A DNA stretch of 64,000 bases from Limnothrix sp. BL-A-16 (GTDB lineage: Bacteria > Cyanobacteriota > Cyanobacteriia > CACIAM-69d), in the NCBI GenBank assembly GCA_041937175.2, contig CP166615.1, positions 3,520,001 to 3,584,000 of the forward strand, in the 5' to 3' direction. Positions 61,854 through 64,000 of this stretch are shown piece by piece. Both the position numbers and the translations under genes were made by a program. The notes beneath the pieces were generated by a model. That model saw only the letters and a list, made by a program, of their open reading frames with translations. It had not been told where the DNA came from and did not search any database. How positions within the stretch are numbered: position 1 is the first letter of the stretch; each line of letters opens with the position of its first letter.

Positions 61854-61959
61854 GACGATCGCCCCATTAACGCCCCATGAATGCCCAAGGGAGCGCAACC
61901 GCCGGGGTCACCCCCCGAGCGATCGCACGCCCGATCGTTCACTTAACCCGATCGCCCAT

Positions 61960-63075
61960 TTAAATCGTTGCGGCCGTTGCGCCGACGACGGGCGCTTCGC
62001 CACCCACCAGGCCCAATTCCGCCAACATTTCATGATCCTTCTCGGGCGGTTGCCCCATGGTGGTCAGGTAATGGCCAATCAGCATGGCGTTCAATCCTGC
62101 TTTCAGTCCCAGGGCTTGCAGCTCACCCATCACCACTTCTCGGCCGCCCGCATAACGCAGGATTCGATCGGGCAAAATCATCCGGAAAATGGCGATTGCC
62201 TTGGCCGCTTCATAGGGATCCAGCTTGGGGCGATCGCCCATCGGCGTACCAGCCCGGGGGTTCAACAGGTTCAGCGGAATTGATTCCACCTCCAAATCCC
62301 GCAGCGCCAGGGCCAAGTCCACCCGGTCTTCCCAAGTTTCGCCCATGCCCAAAATGCCCCCAGTGCAGGCCTGGATGCCCGCCGCCTTCAGGGTTTTGAT
62401 GGTGGCAACGCGGTCTTGCCAGCTATGGGTGGTGGCCACGTTCGGGAAAAAGGCCTCCGACGCTTCCAGGTTGTGGTTATAGCGCGTCACGCCCGCTTCC
62501 TTGAGGGCTTGGGCCTGATCCGCATTCACTTCACCCAAGGCGCAGCAGGGCTTGATGTTGGTTTCGGCAATGATTTGCCGCACCGTTTCCAGAATTTGTT
62601 CAAATTCGCTTTCTTGGCGACCACCGTACTTGGGGCCGCGCCCTTGGCTCACCAGACAAAAGCGCTTGGCTCCGGCGGCTTCGGCGGCCTTGGCTTGGGC
62701 CAAAATTTCTTCGGGAGTCCGCAAACCATAGATCGGGGAATCCTGACCGGGGTGGTGAGCCGACTGGGCACAGAAGGAGCAATTTTCCGAGCAGGAGCCG
62801 GATTTCACGTTGCCGATGCTGCACAGGTCAACCACGTTGCCGCAACGGGCTTGGCGCACGCGATCGGCGGCGGCGCAAAGGGCCAAAATATCTGCCTGAT
62901 CATCAATTTGGGTCAGGATCAGGGCCGTGGCTCGCTCGATCGCCTCGCCGGCAATGACTCGATCGGCCAATTGATCTAACCACTGGCCGAGCGCCGCACC
63001 CGTGAGACCCTCAGACGCAGCAGACGGCTGCCAAGGGGTGGCCGATCGAACCGAAGACGGAAGCGCTTGAACCAC
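61960..63075 (-). CDS. bioB: biotin synthase
   Basis: CSENCSFCAQS, YNHNLE, CTGGILGMGE, GHYLTT; GTG start with GGAG RBS. Confidence 0.96.
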   Translation of the reverse strand: MVQALPSSVRSATPWQPSAASEGLTGAALGQWLDQLADRVIAGEAIERATALILTQIDDQADILALCAAADRVRQARCGNVVDLCSIGNVKSGSCSENCSFCAQSAHHPGQDSPIYGLRTPEEILAQAKAAEAAGAKRFCLVSQGRGPKYGGRQESEFEQILETVRQIIAETNIKPCCALGEVNADQAQALKEAGVTRYNHNLEASEAFFPNVATTHSWQDRVATIKTLKAAGIQACTGGILGMGETWEDRVDLALALRDLEVESIPLNLLNPRAGTPMGDRPKLDPYEAAKAIAIFRMILPDRILRYAGGREVVMGELQALGLKAGLNAMLIGHYLTTMGQPPEKDHEMLAELGLVGGEAPVVGATAATI

Positions 63076-63425
63076 GGCTGACTCCTCCAACAAAGAAACC
63101 CAAAGAATTCCCAACGGCCCCATCCACCACCAGATCCATTTCGCCAGATCCATATTCGGAGTCGGTCATCAGCACAGGACGGCCGATGCCCTTCCCGAGT
63201 GGCGGAAAACAGGCCAGGGGTGACTCCAAATTGTACACGGTTGATTCGCTGCCCACCCTTGGCCCTCCGGGGCGATCGCCTCGATGGGGCGATCGGGCTG
63301 GCCATCCAGCACGGTAGGATAGGGCTTAGTTTGTCAAGCGCTCGGTCTGTGGCAATGGCTACCATCGATTCAGCCCGTGGCTCAAAGTCTTGGCATTAAA
63401 AGCACTAGCAGGTTTTTAACGTTTT

Positions 63426-63830
63426 ATGAAGCGATTTCTCTCTGGGCTACTGGCGCTGGTGATGGTGGTGTCGATCGGCCTGACGGGCTGTGCGGCGGGT
63501 GACTCGGCTAACGGCATCAGCGGCAACTACCAAGCTGATACCCTCGCCTTGGTCGGCAGCCTGCGGAACGCCATCACCCTGGCCGATAGCGATCCCGCAA
63601 AACGAGCAGCTCAAGCCGATGCTCGCGCCAAAATCAATTCCTATGCCTCCCACTACCGCCGGGATACCCGCGTGGCTGGGCTAAATTCCTACACCACCAT
63701 GCGCACGGCCTTGAATTCACTGGCTGCCCACTATTCGGCCTATCCCAACCGCCCCGTGCCTGAAAAGTTGCAAAAGCGTTTGGAAACTGAGTTCCGGCAG
63801 GTGGAAGCGGCCCTGAATCGAGGCGCTTAG
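63426..63830 (+). CDS. psb27: photosystem II assembly lipoprotein Psb27
   Basis: Lipobox LTGC, SYTTMRTALNSLAAHY...NRPVPEKL. Confidence 0.95.
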   Translation: MKRFLSGLLALVMVVSIGLTGCAAGDSANGISGNYQADTLALVGSLRNAITLADSDPAKRAAQADARAKINSYASHYRRDTRVAGLNSYTTMRTALNSLAAHYSAYPNRPVPEKLQKRLETEFRQVEAALNRGA

Positions 63831-63860
63831 GGAAGTTTCGATACACTCAATACACTGAGC

Positions 63861-63888
63861 ATGGGGCGGTTCGATCGCCCCATTTTTA
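63861..63888 (+). terminator. rho-independent terminator after psb27
   Basis: ATGGGGCG-loop-CGCCCCAT followed by a T run. Confidence 0.7.
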
Positions 63889-64000
63889 TCGCCTTCGTTG
63901 ACCTAGCTCAATTAAATTCCCCCTAGTGTCACCCTTGGGGGGGTAGGAAGCCCGCCCTTGGTCGTGGGAGCTGAGAATGCTGGAAGTTGAAGTCCACCAA

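Noticed and set aside
58919..61855. Long plus-strand ORFs (498 aa and 391 aa)
   Set aside because: Antisense to well-supported amidase, DsbA, lspA and bioY genes, with no recognisable motifs.
63925..63975. GGAAGCCCGCCCTT resembling an IS200/IS605 end
   Set aside because: Too short and degenerate, and the window ends before any transposase could be seen.

Overview
Cyanobacterial chromosomal DNA: the HIP1 octamer GCGATCGC is very dense, and psaF/J/L, psb27, chlM, bioU and ycf35/ycf46 are present. The genus cannot be fixed from sequence alone. Most of the window is housekeeping (ilvD, queC, recQ, argB, tsaD, phoH-khpA-rpsP, bioB-bioY-lspA), plus a cobalamin riboswitch-led DUF1636-hupE-cobW cluster, ABC exporters and two-component genes. 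The best candidate for a new system is at 41.7-45.9 kb. A small helical protein ends in an N/Q-rich motif (TQNNYGSNNKNYQIGSINEANF), and a near-identical motif recurs just before the NB-ARC domain of a downstream NLR-like TPR protein. This is the layout of amyloid-signalling (Bell/BASS-type) pairs. Here the pair is split by a REPIN and a DUF2283 gene, a DUF2442 antitoxin-like domain is fused in frame to the NLR, and toxin-antitoxin genes follow. Also notable: an AT-rich ABC-type ATPase plus putative PD-(D/E)XK nuclease pair (candidate defence system), an H-NOX/HNOBA kinase pair, two solitary DNA methyltransferases, and MITE-like repeats built around the palindrome CAAGGGGCTTAAGCCCCTTG, with tandem arrays next to two copies. 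All family calls come from motif recognition by eye; no searches were run.
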